The notes under the pieces: model-generated
Databases searched by the model: none
What the model saw: the letters and a program-made list of their open reading frames with translations, nothing else
What the model was told of the DNA's origin: nothing
In this document: one piece after another, positions 26,051 through 42,725 of the stretch
Layout of the letters: each line of letters starts with the position of its first letter
Position numbering within the stretch: the first letter of the stretch is position 1
DNA from: the human T2T-CHM13v2.0 reference genome, Homo sapiens
Direction: 5' to 3' (one strand)
Length of the DNA: 64,000 nucleotides
Assembly (NCBI RefSeq): GCF_009914755.1
Contig: NC_060930.1
Made by a program: the position numbers and the translations under genes

Positions 26051-29000
26051 GACTCGCTGTGTTCAATTGGATGCATTTTTGCCTTTGCAAGGTCTCAATT
26101 GAGGGTGGCCACAGAGCCAGTTAGAGCATGCCTTTATGAAACAACTTAGTACATGTTTCTGTTGGTGTCATTTTCCTCTTAGTCTTATCAATATTACTGT
26201 ATTTGTAACATGCACATTTTATTTGTAAGAAAGATTCTACATCCCACGCGTTTAATAAATTAAAGCAAATAAAACGTTTTTAAGTCAGTAGCCAGAAACC
26301 CCACCGAAAAATATTGCCTTTATTAACCTTGTAGCAAGGAGACTCCTCCCTTTTAGTGACTGAATATACCCCCATTGTCACATGTGGTGGGTGTGGAGGT
26401 GCTGACGCCCACTGAACATGTTGGTGGGTCCAGAGGATGCGTCTTGGCTGCCCCTTCAGCAGTATCCTCTTCCTTCTAGACAGCACTCCAGGCTTTCCCC
26501 AGTGCAGTGTGGGGGGAATTGTCCCTGTGCAGGCTGCTGGGGTGAGCTCCCTCCTGACCGAACACAATGAGTGCAATTGTTCCTTTGGCAGCCATGATTG
26601 CTTAGGGTGGGCAGAAGGACAGGAAGCAAATTCTGGCCAAAAAGATGAGGGGAGCTGTGTTTTTTTGTTGTTGTTGTTTGTTTTGTTTTTTAACAAAAAG
26701 CACTTTATTTCATATGGAAGATTTCACTAGGAAAGTGATGAGTGCAACTGAAACCCCGCAAATACTCAAAGCAGCCCTTTGCTGGGACAAAAGCCTGTAT
26801 CCTGAGACCACAGAACACTAATAGGGGATCAGTAACCACCACCAACACTACTCAGTAAGTCAGGTGAATGCTATGTGCTTGTGGACATCCCCAGTGAAAC
26901 CTGGACTCTGTGGCATTGAATCCAGGTGATTCCAGGAGCCAGATGTCTCAGGTGACACCAGGCTTCAGCTCTGAAGCAGAAGCTATGCTTGCTGAGGGTA
27001 ACGCCGATGTGGGAGGCAGATGCGTTCACATCCTTCACGTGATGAAAAATAGAGACTTCTAACCCCTCTTTGGCCAGGTTGTTCCTAGGCCTCAGCCTCC
27101 TGGCAGGGGAAGCCAGAATGTTCGGGGGAGCAGCCAGATCCCCCCAAAGCCCCAGGCTTCCTGTGCTGAGGCATGAGTCTCCAGCTTGAATCCAATACTC
27201 AGGAAAGATGATGTCAAAATCATCTCCTCTGTTTAAAATCTCTGTCCCTCAAACACCAACGCTTTGAATTCCTTAAATGGTGAGTTCTCAACATATCCAA
27301 AAACAAAAATACTACTACTAGGACATTTTGGGGAAGCAGAACAAAACCCCGACAGCAATGCAGAGAGGTCATTCCCTGGGTTCCTGGCTCCCCTGCTAAC
27401 TTGCTCTGCGGGGAAGGTCCATCAGCCTCTCTCTGTTTTCTTTTGAACATCTGTAAAACAGTGATAATTTGTAATTTCATATTATAAATTCAGAGTTTGA
27501 AAGGCAACTGTTTACTTTAATTCAACTTTCTCCGCGAGAGAGCAACACCTGCTGATCTCATTTTAAAAACTTGTATTACAGATAGCCTTTAAAGATTTTT
27601 TTCTTAACTTAAAAAAACTTATTTGGGTTTAAGCTCAGTATTTGAATTTGACATAAGACTTTTGCTATCAAGGCATATGTTTTTAGAGGAGATGTGAAGG
27701 ATGCATTTTAAAACTTAGATGCAAAAAAAATTGCCCTTTTTAATTTGAATAAAAAAATAAGTTAAGCTATTCCTTTTTTATTTTGCTCCAACTCACTGAA
27801 ACACATACTATGAAGGAAAATGTAAAAATATCGAAAATAGGTTATTTGTTTACTACTGGGTTTTTTTAAAAAATTAATCATTTAAGAATTTAAAGTATGT
27901 ACACGTTTTAAGACTCTTGTTAAAAATCCTGCTGCTTCTTCCATAAATGGAAAACATAACACAAATATAGATTTCTATTATTACCACTCTTCTCTAAGGG
28001 ACAAAGGGTGAAGCTTTGTTCTCCAAGTCCCAGCAAACAACATTTTGTGAGAAAATGAAGCATTATGGTAGTATTGTAAGGGCAAAGCAGTCAGGAGATG
28101 AAAACAGCCAGAACTGATCACTGCTCAGGAGACAGGGGAGGAGAAGCCATAAAAATTGTAGCACTAATTACAGCTCACGTGCAGATCTCAAGTTTCCCAG
28201 TTAGCATTGCTTTTTCTCATTTTGCCTTCATTAAACCCTGTTTTTCAAATGTGGAGACAGATTCAAAGTTGGGAGCCATCACTAATGGAGCTACCTGCTT
28301 CTGGGAGAAAAAAGGACAGACTTTTCCTTGGTAGCCTGCTACTCATATGGTGGAAGAGAACTTATTTCGCATTAGAAAAAAAAATATTTAGCCAGAGTAA
28401 GCAGGGTACCTTGATTCTCAGATCTAAGGTTCAGTTTGTGAGACATGCTAAGTGAGGCATGAATTTATTCTACGAATTTATTTCTTCTCCTGTGCAAGAT
28501 AAGAAGGATGACATAACTAGGTTTGTTTAAAATATTATCAAAAATGATCATTAGATGACTACAAAACAGTTTTAAAATCAGTAAGCGTTACACCAATAAT
28601 GGTGCTTATTGATGAATGTTAAACAGTATGTGTTTTCTATGTCCTCTCATATTATTTTGCAAATCTCTGCACAGTTCAAATTATTCACAATTGAAATTGG
28701 GAAGTGGAAGAAGAATTAAAATATATTTCAAGTCCACTAAAAAATTCCAGCAAATTGTCAGCAATGTGTCCCATATCCAGTATGGCGTAGTGGGTCTGCA
28801 CTGAAATGTCATCATTCCTTCTGGTAGCAGACATCAAATTCCCAAAGGCAATTTATAGGCTTATTTGCTTCCTCACTTCTCCAGGGCTCAAAAAGACAAG
28901 GAACTTAATCTGAGAAAGGACACTGGGTCAGTAGGGACCCAGTTATTCGTTCTAAGTTAATATGGAACTAGTACTCAGTTTCCTAGAGAGGGACAGAAAA

Positions 29001-31516
29001 TGGAAAAACATATATATTTGAAGCAAAGAAATGTGCACAATTTTAAAGACTAATACAAAAAGGTGATTGAGTGCAGTTATTAAGAAAGGTTTGGGGGATT
29101 GTTGGTGTGTGCTGGGGACAGGTGCCTTGGGTTCATCTTTTAGTAAATAAATCTGTCTCCTTCAATTCTCCCCCAGAGAGTTGGTTTAGGACAAACTTGT
29201 GCATGTGCTTTTCCTACCAGGAGGATAACATCAGGAGAGGTTGCTACACTGTCTGTCATTGTTGGCAAAAATGGACCACAGTATGAACATCAAAACCTTG
29301 ATCTCTTATGAAATGCCATGGAAACTCATGGAAATGCCACCTTGGTCATACTTGGTCATCTTCATGACCAGTTCTGCTAGACCAACCCTTGGTATACCGT
29401 AGGTGTGCAATAGTTTTTATTGCTGCCCAGCTTTACGCAGGGGCATTTAATAGTCGTTACGGATATTTTAAGCACTTCAGAGGGAATTATCTTATCAGCC
29501 CGAAAATGATTTCAATTTTAAATGCCTATTGATTAACACAAGACAAGACCATTGATTTTATAAGTTTTTACTCAGGAAAACATTCAAGTCCAGAACTGGC
29601 CCATGCACTAATTTTCAGACCTTCTTGAGAGTATACATTTAGTTCCTTTTTCTGTACCTGTCATCACTGAACCAAAACATTCACGGTGATATTTTTATTT
29701 TGGATTTCTGATAGGACTTATTTTCTTTTACTGTTTTTTTTTGTTTTTTTTTTTTTGTGTGTGTGTGTGTGTTTGTTTTAACACGGAGATATTTAATCCT
29801 ACCAGATGTTTGATAATTGTTGTGCCTTCTTCCTCTATTGGTTTTTAAGCGTAGGGTTTTGACTTTGGAGAAATTAATTGTTTATGGGAAAATAGCTGTG
29901 AAGGTCAGAGCAGGGATTAGGGCATGATATTCCTGATAAAAAGCCCATGACTGTTTCTACCACATCATAGTTGTGTAAAGTGGCTTTTTAAAGAAGCTTT
30001 TATGGATAACATGAGGCAGGTCTATGCATCTGGCAGCTCTATGCATAAATAAAATGAGTCTTACACATTTGAAAATTGTTTTGGAACTTGTGAATTAATG
30101 AATACCACAAATGTTTATGATGCGACTGATCCATGCCAAGTGGCAGGACACACACTGGTGCTTCTAGGACTGTTAACAACAGCCTGGGTTTCCTGAGGCT
30201 GCAAGACCAGCAAGAAGGGGGCATACTTATCAATGAGTTCAGAAAATATTACATTAAAAAAAGCAAAACCAGCCTGTGGTAAACTCATCATAGCTATTAC
30301 CAAATGAAGAAAGAAAAGAAAATCTAAACCTTACTTAATCCAGATGCTGGCTTTTTTAAAATAAAGAAGTGTGTCATTCTAATTTGAAGACCAGTTAATC
30401 TGCTTATTAAAGAAAAGCTAGGGTAATGAATTAGACTAAAGTCTCAAACAGTGCAACTCCTAGGCACCTGAAGAAATCAACAAAAATGGGGAAAAGAGTC
30501 TTTGGAATGGCTTTTCATTCTGACTATTCCCATGTAAAAACTGAAAAACCCAGAAATCAGGGTTTTGGTAGCAAAACAAATGAAGATATAACTCCTCTAT
30601 ATTTTCCATTAGATTCTTTTTCTCCCCAAAGTTCAAAGTTACCACTGCATGGAATATTACTTATTGGGGACCTTCAATGGTTAAAAACCTGCAGCCTCCC
30701 AGTTCTCTTTAAGAGTGGCTGCCAAGCCTCCGTGCGTCACGGAGCAGAAAGCCTGCAAACGATCATAACATCCCAGTGAGAATTGTTTGGAGACTAAACT
30801 TGGTGCTGCAATCTGTCTGCTGGCCATTCAGAAATCACAGTTTGAGTTAGCTTTGCTCCCAGATCCAGCTGAAGTCCTGAATCCAGCAAAGGGAGGAGCA
30901 GCTGTACGAAAACAAATTCCGACTGAAATGCACCATCCACAGAATTTCTAAGTAGTCACACTGAAAGTCAGCCTGCTGTATATAAGCAAATACCATGGAT
31001 TCAAAATTTATATTTGAAGTATCTGCATTTAGAGCACTAATAACCTGGATTCTGTAGCAAGCATGCCTGGTGTTTTTAGTTTGAGGGAAAAACAATTTAA
31101 TTATTACTTTTGTTTCTTCCTGAAGGCACTATCTGCTTTTAGAATGAATAATTGTTTTGGCACACGTGTGGGTCTCAAAACTTACACCTCATTGACAAGC
31201 CCCATCATTTAGTCTCCTTTCAGAAATGAAGCATTTCTTCCTCTTCTGGTTTTGCTCTCGTGATAAATTCCACATAGGATTTGATGCATTCGGACACCAT
31301 AGCCCTCTTAGGTTCCTGCCAGTCTTCCCTTCCTCACCTTCCTATCTCCCCAAGAGCAACTGCATTTAAAATGTTTTCCCAGCTGGCTTCCTCCTCATTC
31401 ACATTACTACTGCTTTCCTCTGGGACAGCCACTCTTCATGGGAGAGTAGCCACAGGTCTATAGGTCAGCCTGCCCCATTCAGTTGTTCCCGAAATTCTCT
31501 TCTCGCTTCCAAATAT

Positions 31517-31690
31517 CCTTTTGATTAATTGACAAAAAATTGTATAGATACACATATATATACAACTTTTATATGCGTGTACAGCATGGTGTTTTGAAAT
31601 ATGCATAATTGTGAAATGGCTCAATTGAGCTCATTAATATGCATTACCTCACATATTTATAAATAATGGGATACTTAAAAAAATCTTATC
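31517..31690 (-). mobile_element. L1MA 3' end fragment
   Basis: taattgacaaaaaattgtat...gtgaaatggctcaattgagctcattaatatgcattacctcaca. Confidence 0.7.
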
Positions 31691-31759
31691 TTAATGTGAT
31701 TTTTTAATAATGAAAACCTGCCTACTCTACCTCTTCACAAAAACTGTAACAAAATTAAA

Positions 31760-32020
31760 TATAATAATAACTAACGTTCTCGAAGAGCTTTCTATTGTCC
31801 AATCCCTGAGCTAAACGCTTTATATCTTATAAAAGCATTCTGCACCAAACAACCCTCTGAGGAAGGCAAGATTATTATTTACATTTTATGAAAAAGGGAA
31901 ACAAAGCCTCAGAGAGACTAAGTAATTTTCCTAAAACCACACTCTGAGTAAGTGACGGAGCCTGGATAAAAACACGGGTCTTTCCAGAGAAAAGCACATG
32001 CACTTATGCAACACCCTCCA
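31760..32020 (-). mobile_element. MIR
   Basis: attattatttacattttatgaaaaagggaaacaaagcctcagagagactaagtaattttcctaaaaccacac. Confidence 0.75.
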
Positions 32021-32604
32021 CTGCACAGAGATAAACAGACTGATGATCAAGGGGCCAAATAACTGAAGATACCACTTCATTTAAAGATACTTAGCAGAAA
32101 CAAAAGTCCACCTTGAATTCTAGTTGGAGAGACTCCATGAGACACCAATGCCCTGTTTACTACCCAAAACCTGCCACATTTTACAAAATCAGATTGGAAA
32201 CCAAACCATAGATGCCTCTAGTCTTATATGAACAGCAAGAAGCAGTAGCTTAGATTTCTATATCTTTGTTGAATATTTCCCCCGGCTAAGTCACCTAATT
32301 TCAGAAGTCATGCATGGTCATTAGATTTATGTAAGTGTGTTAAGAGGAAGCGTTAAGTTGCCAGAAAACGAACTATCATCAGGGATTATTTTTAACACTG
32401 CTACTTATAGGGTCAGTAAACAAGTAAAAGCATCAGCTTTGAAGCATCAATCACTTCCCTACTATCCAGTCAACATCATCCTCACTTAAAGTGATGTTCC
32501 TAAAATATTGTAGAAGCCTCGATGATAAGGACAAGAAATGTGGATGTGACATATGCAGACATCTTGAAGAAACAGTCACTTGATTTTCTGGTTTAAAGAG
32601 ATGT

Positions 32605-33073
32605 TGTGGGAGACAGAATCATGGCTCCCCAAAGACATCCACGTCTTAATCTTCAGAAGCTGTGAATATGGAGCTTCACAGCAGAACAGGAACATTGCAG
32701 GTATGATGAGCAGTCCTGAGACGGTGAGATGATCCTGAATTATCCAGGTGGGCCCTTATAAGAAGGGTCACATCGGTCAAGGCAGATAAGGGAGATGTAG
32801 CAAAGGAGGCAGACGTCAGAGTGATAGCCTTTGAAGATGGAGGAAGGGGCCATGAGCCAAGGAATGAAGGCAGCCTCGAGAAGTAGAAAAGGCAAGAAAA
32901 CAGATTCTCCCTGGAACCACCAGAAGGAAGATGGTCTGCTGACATCTTGATTTTAGCCCGGTGAGACCCATTTCAGATTTCTGACCTCTAGAACTGCCCA
33001 AATAACAAATTCACACTGTTTGAAGTGACTAAGTTCATAGTGATTTGTTACAGCAGCAATAGACACTGATGCA
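32605..33073 (+). mobile_element. MLT1D-like solo LTR with 5-bp TSD
   Basis: TG...CA termini; perfect TSD gatgt at 32600-32604 and 33074-33078; typical MLT1 body. Confidence 0.88.
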
Positions 33074-33409
33074 GATGTCAGTCTGAAATTTGGGGGTGCA
33101 ACTGACCTGGATATAATGTCTCCCAGCATCTTTTATGGGCTTAGAGGCACCTGCTAAATTGGGACAGAAAATTGCATTGTTTATAATTTGACTCATTCAG
33201 ACAATTATTCCTGTAGGTATTTAAAGGTATAACATTCATACAATGGCCACCAATGTATTACTTGAATTTTATCTTTGAAATGGTGAATTTTATCAAATTT
33301 GCTAAGGGAGTTCAAGCTGCTGGACTTTCAAAATCTTAGCTTTGCTGTAGTTTGAGCAATTTTGGGGGACCAGCAAAATACTTGGCAGCAGAGAACCCCA
33401 TCAACAACC

Positions 33410-33958
33410 AACCTCTGTGTCTGTTGTCGCCTGACTGTCCTCTCTCTGGGTCTTTGTGTCTGCACATGGCCTTCTTTTGAGGACACCCATCCTGTTGGAT
33501 TAGACCCACCCCAATCAAATATGACCTCATTTAACTTAATTACATTAGCAAGGTCCCTACAGCCATCCCTTGCTATCTTCAGGGGATTGGTTCCAGGACC
33601 CCCTACAGATATCAAAATCCTCGGATGCTCAAGTCGCTGATGTAAAACGGTGCAGTGTTTGCATAACCTACACACAACCTCCTGTGTACTTTAAATTGTC
33701 TCGAGATTACTCATAATACCTACTTCTAATACCTAATGTAAATGCTGTGAAAGCAGTTGTTATATTTACCGTTTTATTTATATGATTTTTTTGTCACAGT
33801 TTTTAAAAATTTTGTAATCTTTTAAATCCGTGGTTGGTAGAATGAGTGGATGTGAAAATCACTGATATGAAGGGGCCAACCGTGTCTCCAAATTAGGTCA
33901 CATTTACAGCTTCTCGGTGGATATGAATTCTCGGGGGGGACACTCTTTAACCCAGTAA
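33410..33958 (-). mobile_element. MLT1 LTR fragment interrupted by MER2
   Basis: ggattagacccaccccaatcaaatatgacctcatttaacttaattacattagcaaggtcccta | tctccaaattaggtcacatttacag. Confidence 0.7.
33560..33882 (+). mobile_element. MER2 (TcMar-Tigger) DNA transposon
   Basis: TA then cagccatccctt...ggggattggttccaggacccc...ggatgctcaagtc...gatatgaaggggccaacc. Confidence 0.85.
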
Positions 33959-35361
33959 AGTTGGGAAATTTATCCTAACAAACTTGTCTCCATTATGATC
34001 CATGAAGCCCATAAAAACCAATAGTGGAGGAAACAGAAATTATTACCTATTGGAAAGTAAAGCTCCAGAAAGAGAATAATTTGTAGAGGTTTCCAGGGAA
34101 GCATTTCTTTTTCTTCATAAGAGGAGGCCTGTACAGCACTTGAGGGCTGTGAGCCCAGGTGCTTGAGTCAGGTCAGTCCTCCTAACCACTCTGCCAGACG
34201 GCATCTTTGGGCTATTTGGCCTTCTAATAGTTCTTTGGAAGTAGGTGTAGAGTCAGTTAACTTTCTACATTGTTTTATGCTCAACAATAATGTATTTGAA
34301 TTAGATTCTTATAAGTATTGCCATGGTATAAATTTGCCCTGTTCAAATTACTGTGTAGTTTCTCTTGTCTGATTGGATCCAGACTGATAGAGAATTGGTA
34401 CTAGGAGTGGGGTTTGAATCTATGTGGACATCTGTTCCTGTTTATGATTAGGTTGTATTTGTTTTCAGAATTCAAAATGCAAGGATGTTGGGCCAGATGC
34501 TGGATGCAGAGAAGTGTCTTCTCATTTTGCCCTGAACACCTCCAGTTTTTAATGAGATTCTTTTTTTCTAACCATACATTTTTCTACCCAAATGAGCCCT
34601 TATACATTTTTGAAAGTGTAGAGTCCTTTAAATGTTCATCTACTCCATCCCCATGTTCTTCTGCCTCAACCTTGGCCAGGGCCTTTGGTGTGCTGTGATG
34701 CCATTTTTCTCTGATATTAAGTGTTACTAGTTTCCAATCATAAAATCATACCATGTGAAGACTTTTCATTGGGAACAGGCTCAGCTGGCAGCTGGTTAAG
34801 TTTGGCAAAATGCTACAAGTGATTTATCAAACCTTCTGGGCTCAGGAAAACCCAAAGCATTCTTTTTTGCCAAGCACTCTTTCCTCCTAGTTGTTAAATC
34901 CATGTGCATTTCGAGGGAAATTTCATCCATATGTTTCTAATTCCTTTATACTTAACTCATCATTTTGTCATTTCATAAGAGTTTTTGATGTTTAAGAAGC
35001 CTTCTGTGTAGTTTCATATGCCTTTCTTTGTGTTCTTTAAACCACACAAACCACGTTTTTGAACAAAAAAGAAAAATGGTAAACAAAACCAGACTTTGAA
35101 AAGACTGGTTGTATATTCAGAATCTGTAAGAAGTCGAAATGGCTTCTAGGCTTCTCTGATGTGTTTCACCTTCTTTACTAAACCAGAACACCAGGCAATG
35201 CTTTGGCTAATAGGAATGGAAATGTTCAATTAATTTCAAAATGTCAGCCCTTCAAAACCAGAAATGTTTAAATAAATAACATCTAAACTCCATCCTTCGA
35301 GACAGTAAAACACTCTGCAAATATAAACAAATCACATCTTTACAAGTAGTTTTCTAGCTGA

Positions 35362-35705
<344 letters not shown>

Positions 35706-36925
35706 CAAGCAATTTCTTTAGGTCAGCCTCCCCCAGGTTGCATTTGACTAAATACACAGAGTGAAGGAAATAATGACTGCACTAATCCAAGAATCTGTAA
35801 GTGGATTATTTCTTCTCACTCCGACAATTCAACTGCCCCCTCCATCATACATATATATTTTTTTCTCTTACTGTGGCAAAAAGACAAGTCACTTGAAAAA
35901 ACATTGCCCGTGACATTATTTGTACCTTATGCAAAGTGTGCCGCCCAGGCAGAAGGGTTTAATGAATGATTCACGTGACCTGCTGCCTGAGGACATTACT
36001 GATGGCAGCTGCCAGACATCAGCACCTCCTCTCATGCATCCTCTCATTTCGTCAGACACCAGTCACGTAGAAATCAGCCCTCTGGCCCAAAGAACCACTG
36101 ATCTAAGTGAAAGCTGAAGTGTGAAATAAACTGAAATACGTGGCAGATTGATTTCCACTCCATGGCCATCCCCGACCTAGTCAGAAGAGTAACCCTTGAT
36201 TCTCATGGTCGCATGACCCATCTCTCATGGAACTTCTTCAGTTTTATTAGAATTACTTGTTGATACATCTGTCTGAGCAGCTAGACTGTGTGTTCCCCAA
36301 GAACATCTCTGTACTTTCCTAAACCTGGTGTCCAAGGCAGTGTCTAGCACATCATAGCATGATATTGGTGTTGTATGAATGAATAAAAACTGATCATTAA
36401 TACCATTGTGTATTATAAAACCAAGCATAAAAGTAAGTTATAAAATATGTCTAATTTAAAAGGATCTAGACCTCAGGTAGGTGTATATCAAGTATTCCTG
36501 CCACTGGCTTAAAAAGGATAACAAGACCTTCTGCTAAGTTTCCACCTGCATTTTTATTTAGGTTCAGCATGGCCATGAGTTGTAGACTCAACGGTGTTTT
36601 GCTGAAAACTGACGGCAACCTTCAAAAGCATACAAGGACGGCAGCATTTCCACACAGTATTAGCAAATGTGTGTTGAGAAGTACACATGGTCTTCTATCA
36701 TTCATGGCACATGTATCTTCCAAAATCTTTTTTAGCTACTTAATAAGCACTAGAAAAGATCACTCAGAAAAAAAAAAAAAAGCCTCCCTCCTGGCAAACT
36801 CTGATCGTGGCTATGAAACAATCTCCCAGTGTGTTTCCAGGGCCTCTAGAATTTTTTGGTGCTTTGGTTTATCGCGTCCCTGTTCTCAACCCCAGAAGCC
36901 AAGCTACAGAAGAAAAGAAAACTCA

Positions 36926-37627
<702 letters not shown>

Positions 37628-39040
37628 TTATGTGCATTCAGGCAGGAAGGCTGGCTGAGGGGTCTAGGGGGCAACAACAGGAGTGGCAGAGGCGGGCTTG
37701 CTGGGATCCTCGCACACCCCACTGAGGTGCTGTGAGCCTGAGAGGAACACGAGGAGGTGTGTGATCCCAGCAATCCCAGCTTCGGTGTTGAACAGTCAGC
37801 ACTGATCTACCCTAAGCCGCCCATACAGAACTCAAGCTAAAGAGACACAGGCCTAAATGACAGGCCACACCCCACCACTTTGCTCAATAAGCTCAAATAA
37901 GCTCGGATCCTAGGTCTCAGGGACTCAGCTTGGTGGTCCTTGAGGGGAGGTCCTCGAGGGGAAGCCAGGTATGCCGACTCCGGAGAGAAAGCCCACCAGC
38001 ACCCAGGGCATCTGCGTGCCTGAAGCCATCCTCCTACCACCTCGAGCACAGATGTCAAAGCAGGTGGAGGAAGGTGATGGGAGGGTGTGCAGAGAAGGAG
38101 GGAGGCGTGTTTAAACAGGAGGTCACCCACAGTCCCAACGGCACAGGAATCGGGGACCGAAGGAAGAGCCACTGTCTCAAGAAATAAAAATTGTGCTTTG
38201 GGGCACACGTGGTGTCTGCTGGGAGACTGCAAAGGCAAGGGTGGGGGACAGGAAGTCAGGAAAGTTTAGAGGCACACATTTTAAAAACGGTGTTCCTTCC
38301 CCAAAGCTTTATAAAACTGTGATTGAATAAAAGCGTCTTTCATCGATTTTTGATGCCCAGATTTGACTCCCATCTTAGTTACTACTTAAAGAACCACAGG
38401 AATGCAGGTCCTGGACAGCAGCTGGAGGAAGGCCCTGCCTGGGACACAGACAGTTCAGTGACTCACCCAAAGTCCCAGAACCCGCGAGTGGCAGAGTTGA
38501 AATCAGAAGCCACGGGTCCTTTACTGTCCTACCTTCCACACCTGTCTCCCCCCTGAAACTCCCAACTATACTATTTTTTAAAACCATACATAATTTCAAT
38601 CAATTTATATCACATGGGTTTGTTTGACTCAAACATAGAAACTTAAAGTTGATATAAACTATTCAATCCTGATATGACTGAAATGAATTTTATGTAAAAC
38701 ATCCTTGCAGACACTTAAAGAGGAACACAGAAATGAACTCAAATCAAGTGTAATTGATCTCCTTTTGATAACAACCACAATAATGGGTCAGATTAATTGA
38801 ACACTGCAATGAGCGAGGCTTTGTTTAAGAAAATTATAAACATCTTCAGCTGTGAGGGCTTCAGGGCTAATTGGACACAACACAGGAATAATTTAGGGGA
38901 AGGAAATAAACACAGAGGGAGGGAAGAAGGGAGCAGTGGCGGTGCGCGTAATTGCAAGGCTGTGTCGTCCTGTGTGGGTTTAATTACTGAATTCCGCCTA
39001 GACTGCGGTGCGGCCTTCATGTGCACGCCCCTGCCGCCGT

Positions 39041-39059
39041 TTACCGCCAGGTGGCAGCG
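39041..39059 (+). promoter_or_regulatory. CTCF core motif in a small CpG-retaining patch
   Basis: TTACCGCCAGGTGGCAGCG matches the CCACCAGGTGGCAGC variant; CpG cluster 38935-39085. Confidence 0.7.
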
Positions 39060-39185
39060 TAGACCAAGTAAGGAAGCCGGCCCACCCAGAGCTGGGAACT
39101 ACAGGGGTGTGCTTTGTGGCTTTCAGACTCACAAAGATTCCAGATGAACATGATGTCTCTTTTTAAAATCGATTTGAAACGCAGG

Positions 39186-39540
39186 TGTATTCGTCTATTT
39201 CACACTGCTTTAAAGGACTACCGGAGACTGGGTAATTTATAAAGAAAAGACTCACAGTTCTGCACGGCAGAGGAGGCCTCAGGAAACTTACAATCATGGC
39301 GGAAGGCAAAGGGGAAGTGGGCACCTTCTTCACAAGGTGGCAGAAGCGAGAGAGAAGCAAAGGAGAAGCGCCACACTTTAAAACCGTCAGATCTCGTGAG
39401 AACTCCTTCACTATCACGAGAACAGCATCAGGGAAACTGCCCCCGTGATCCAATCACCTCCCGCCAGGTGCCTCCCCTGACACATGAGGATTAGAATTCA
39501 AGATGAGATTTGGGTGGAGACACGGAGGCAAACCATATCA
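39186..39540 (-). mobile_element. THE1/MST-family (MaLR) solo LTR
   Basis: Minus strand starts tgatatggtttgcctccgtgtctccacccaaatctcatcttgaatt; plus strand has ggaggcctcaggaaacttacaatcatggcggaagg. Confidence 0.9.
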
Positions 39541-40203
39541 GTGGGTGAGGATGAGGTGGGAACGGCAGCAAAGTGAAGCTCTCCCCCATGCTGTGAGCAG
39601 GAGGCCTGCGGATGAACAGAGGTGCGGATCTCACTGAAGACAGCTCTGCTCAGCGCTGGCTGAAAGGTGGGAGAGGGAAGGCCTGGTTGTCTAAAGCTCC
39701 TGGGCAGATCCAGTGCGTCCTTCACTCTTGTTTGCCTTTATTGGATGCCTTTGATACATGGGCAATGCCAAATGAACAATTATGTTCTGTGTTCCTCTTT
39801 TAGAGCTGCACATCCGGCATATGTGTAGACATGTGTATGCATATGTGTGTTGGAAGGGAAGACAGAAAGTCTCAATAAAATAACCTGTTATGCTCTTTTG
39901 GCTAAAGATAGAGAGACCTTACAGATAAGTAAGTTTAAATGTGGGATTTTATATACCTTATATAACTTTAGACGTCTGTGTATGTGTATTCGTCTCCTCG
40001 AAAAATATTGTCTATCATAAGTTGTACACTATGCCAAGAAAACTGTAAACATACATAAAATTTCATTTATTTTTTGAATCATTGTAATATGAAAACTCTT
40101 GCCACAAAACATTCTAAAAATGTTAGGTAAGTTTTTCAGAAATCCTATTATGGGCATAGCTGAATTTATTAGGGATGTTATAGGTGGAATGTGGATTCCA
40201 GCA

Positions 40204-40432
40204 GGCCCTGGAGCCCTGCAGCCCTGGAGCCCTGGAACCCTGGAGCCCTGCAGACCTGGAGTCCTGGAATCCTGGACCCCTGGGCCCTGGAGTCCTGCAG
40301 CCCTGGAGCCCTGGACCCCTGGAATACTGGAGCCCTGGAGCCCCAGAGTCCTGGAAATCCTCCAGCCCTGGAACCCTGGAGCCCTGGAGCCAGAAGCCCT
40401 GGAGCCCTGCAGCTCTGCAGCCCTGGAGCCAG
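40204..40432 (+). repeat. Degenerate 8-bp tandem repeat (GCCCTGGA)n
   Basis: About 28 variant units: gccctgga, gccctgca, gtcctgga, accctgga. Confidence 0.92.
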
Positions 40433-40719
40433 GAGAAGCCCCAAAGTGCTTGCTGCTCCTGATGGGTTTGCTAAGCGCACAGAAGTCAGAAGATAGCCTG
40501 GGGCCTGCCTGTGCAAAGTGAGTACAGGAACAGGACTCCTACACAAAGCCAGAATCCAGAAGTTGCTCAGTGAGGGTTGAACAAGAAGAAATCAGAAGGA
40601 AACAAAATGGAAACTTCTTGGCCTTGCTTTTTTGAAGGGAAAATATGTCCCATCGAGAATCTGTATCACATGTTGGCTTGGTTTGGGGTTCAGATTTACT
40701 CTGTGAGCACAGACTAACT

Positions 40720-41170
40720 AAGGCCATTGTTTTAAAGTCTTGTCAGACTGGTAGCACCAAGAAGTGTTTGAAAAAAATCAAATGAAGATCCTCTCTGGAG
40801 GAACATACCTTTCTCTAGTATCTCAGGGAACTTCCACAGATAAAATCACACTAAGCATGAGCTCACACTGGGAAGCATAATGCCATCTTGAGTGAGAGTA
40901 AGTGGAAACAACAGAGAGGAGAATCTGTCACTCGAATACTTTGGAAATGGAAATACCAGATATAGAATACAGTGGAGTTTAAAATAAATAAATAAGTTTC
41001 CTATAGTAAGAGGACAAAGAAAAACATGAAAACATGAGCAAGATACTGAAATCATTTTAAACAATTGGGGAGATTTATAAGATCTACAAAAGAAAAGAAA
41101 AATCAATGAATGAGTTAAACAGCAGGTTAGACACAGCTGAAGAGACAATTAGTGAACTGAAAGATGAGCA
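40720..41170 (+). mobile_element. Old L1M ORF1-region remnant (continues at ~42730-42900)
   Basis: aatgagttaaacagcaggttagacacagctgaagagacaattagtgaactgaaagat; after the L2: atggaggatagagtgataggtccaacacacatttaattagagttccagaaggag. Confidence 0.65.
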
Positions 41171-42725
<1,555 letters not shown>

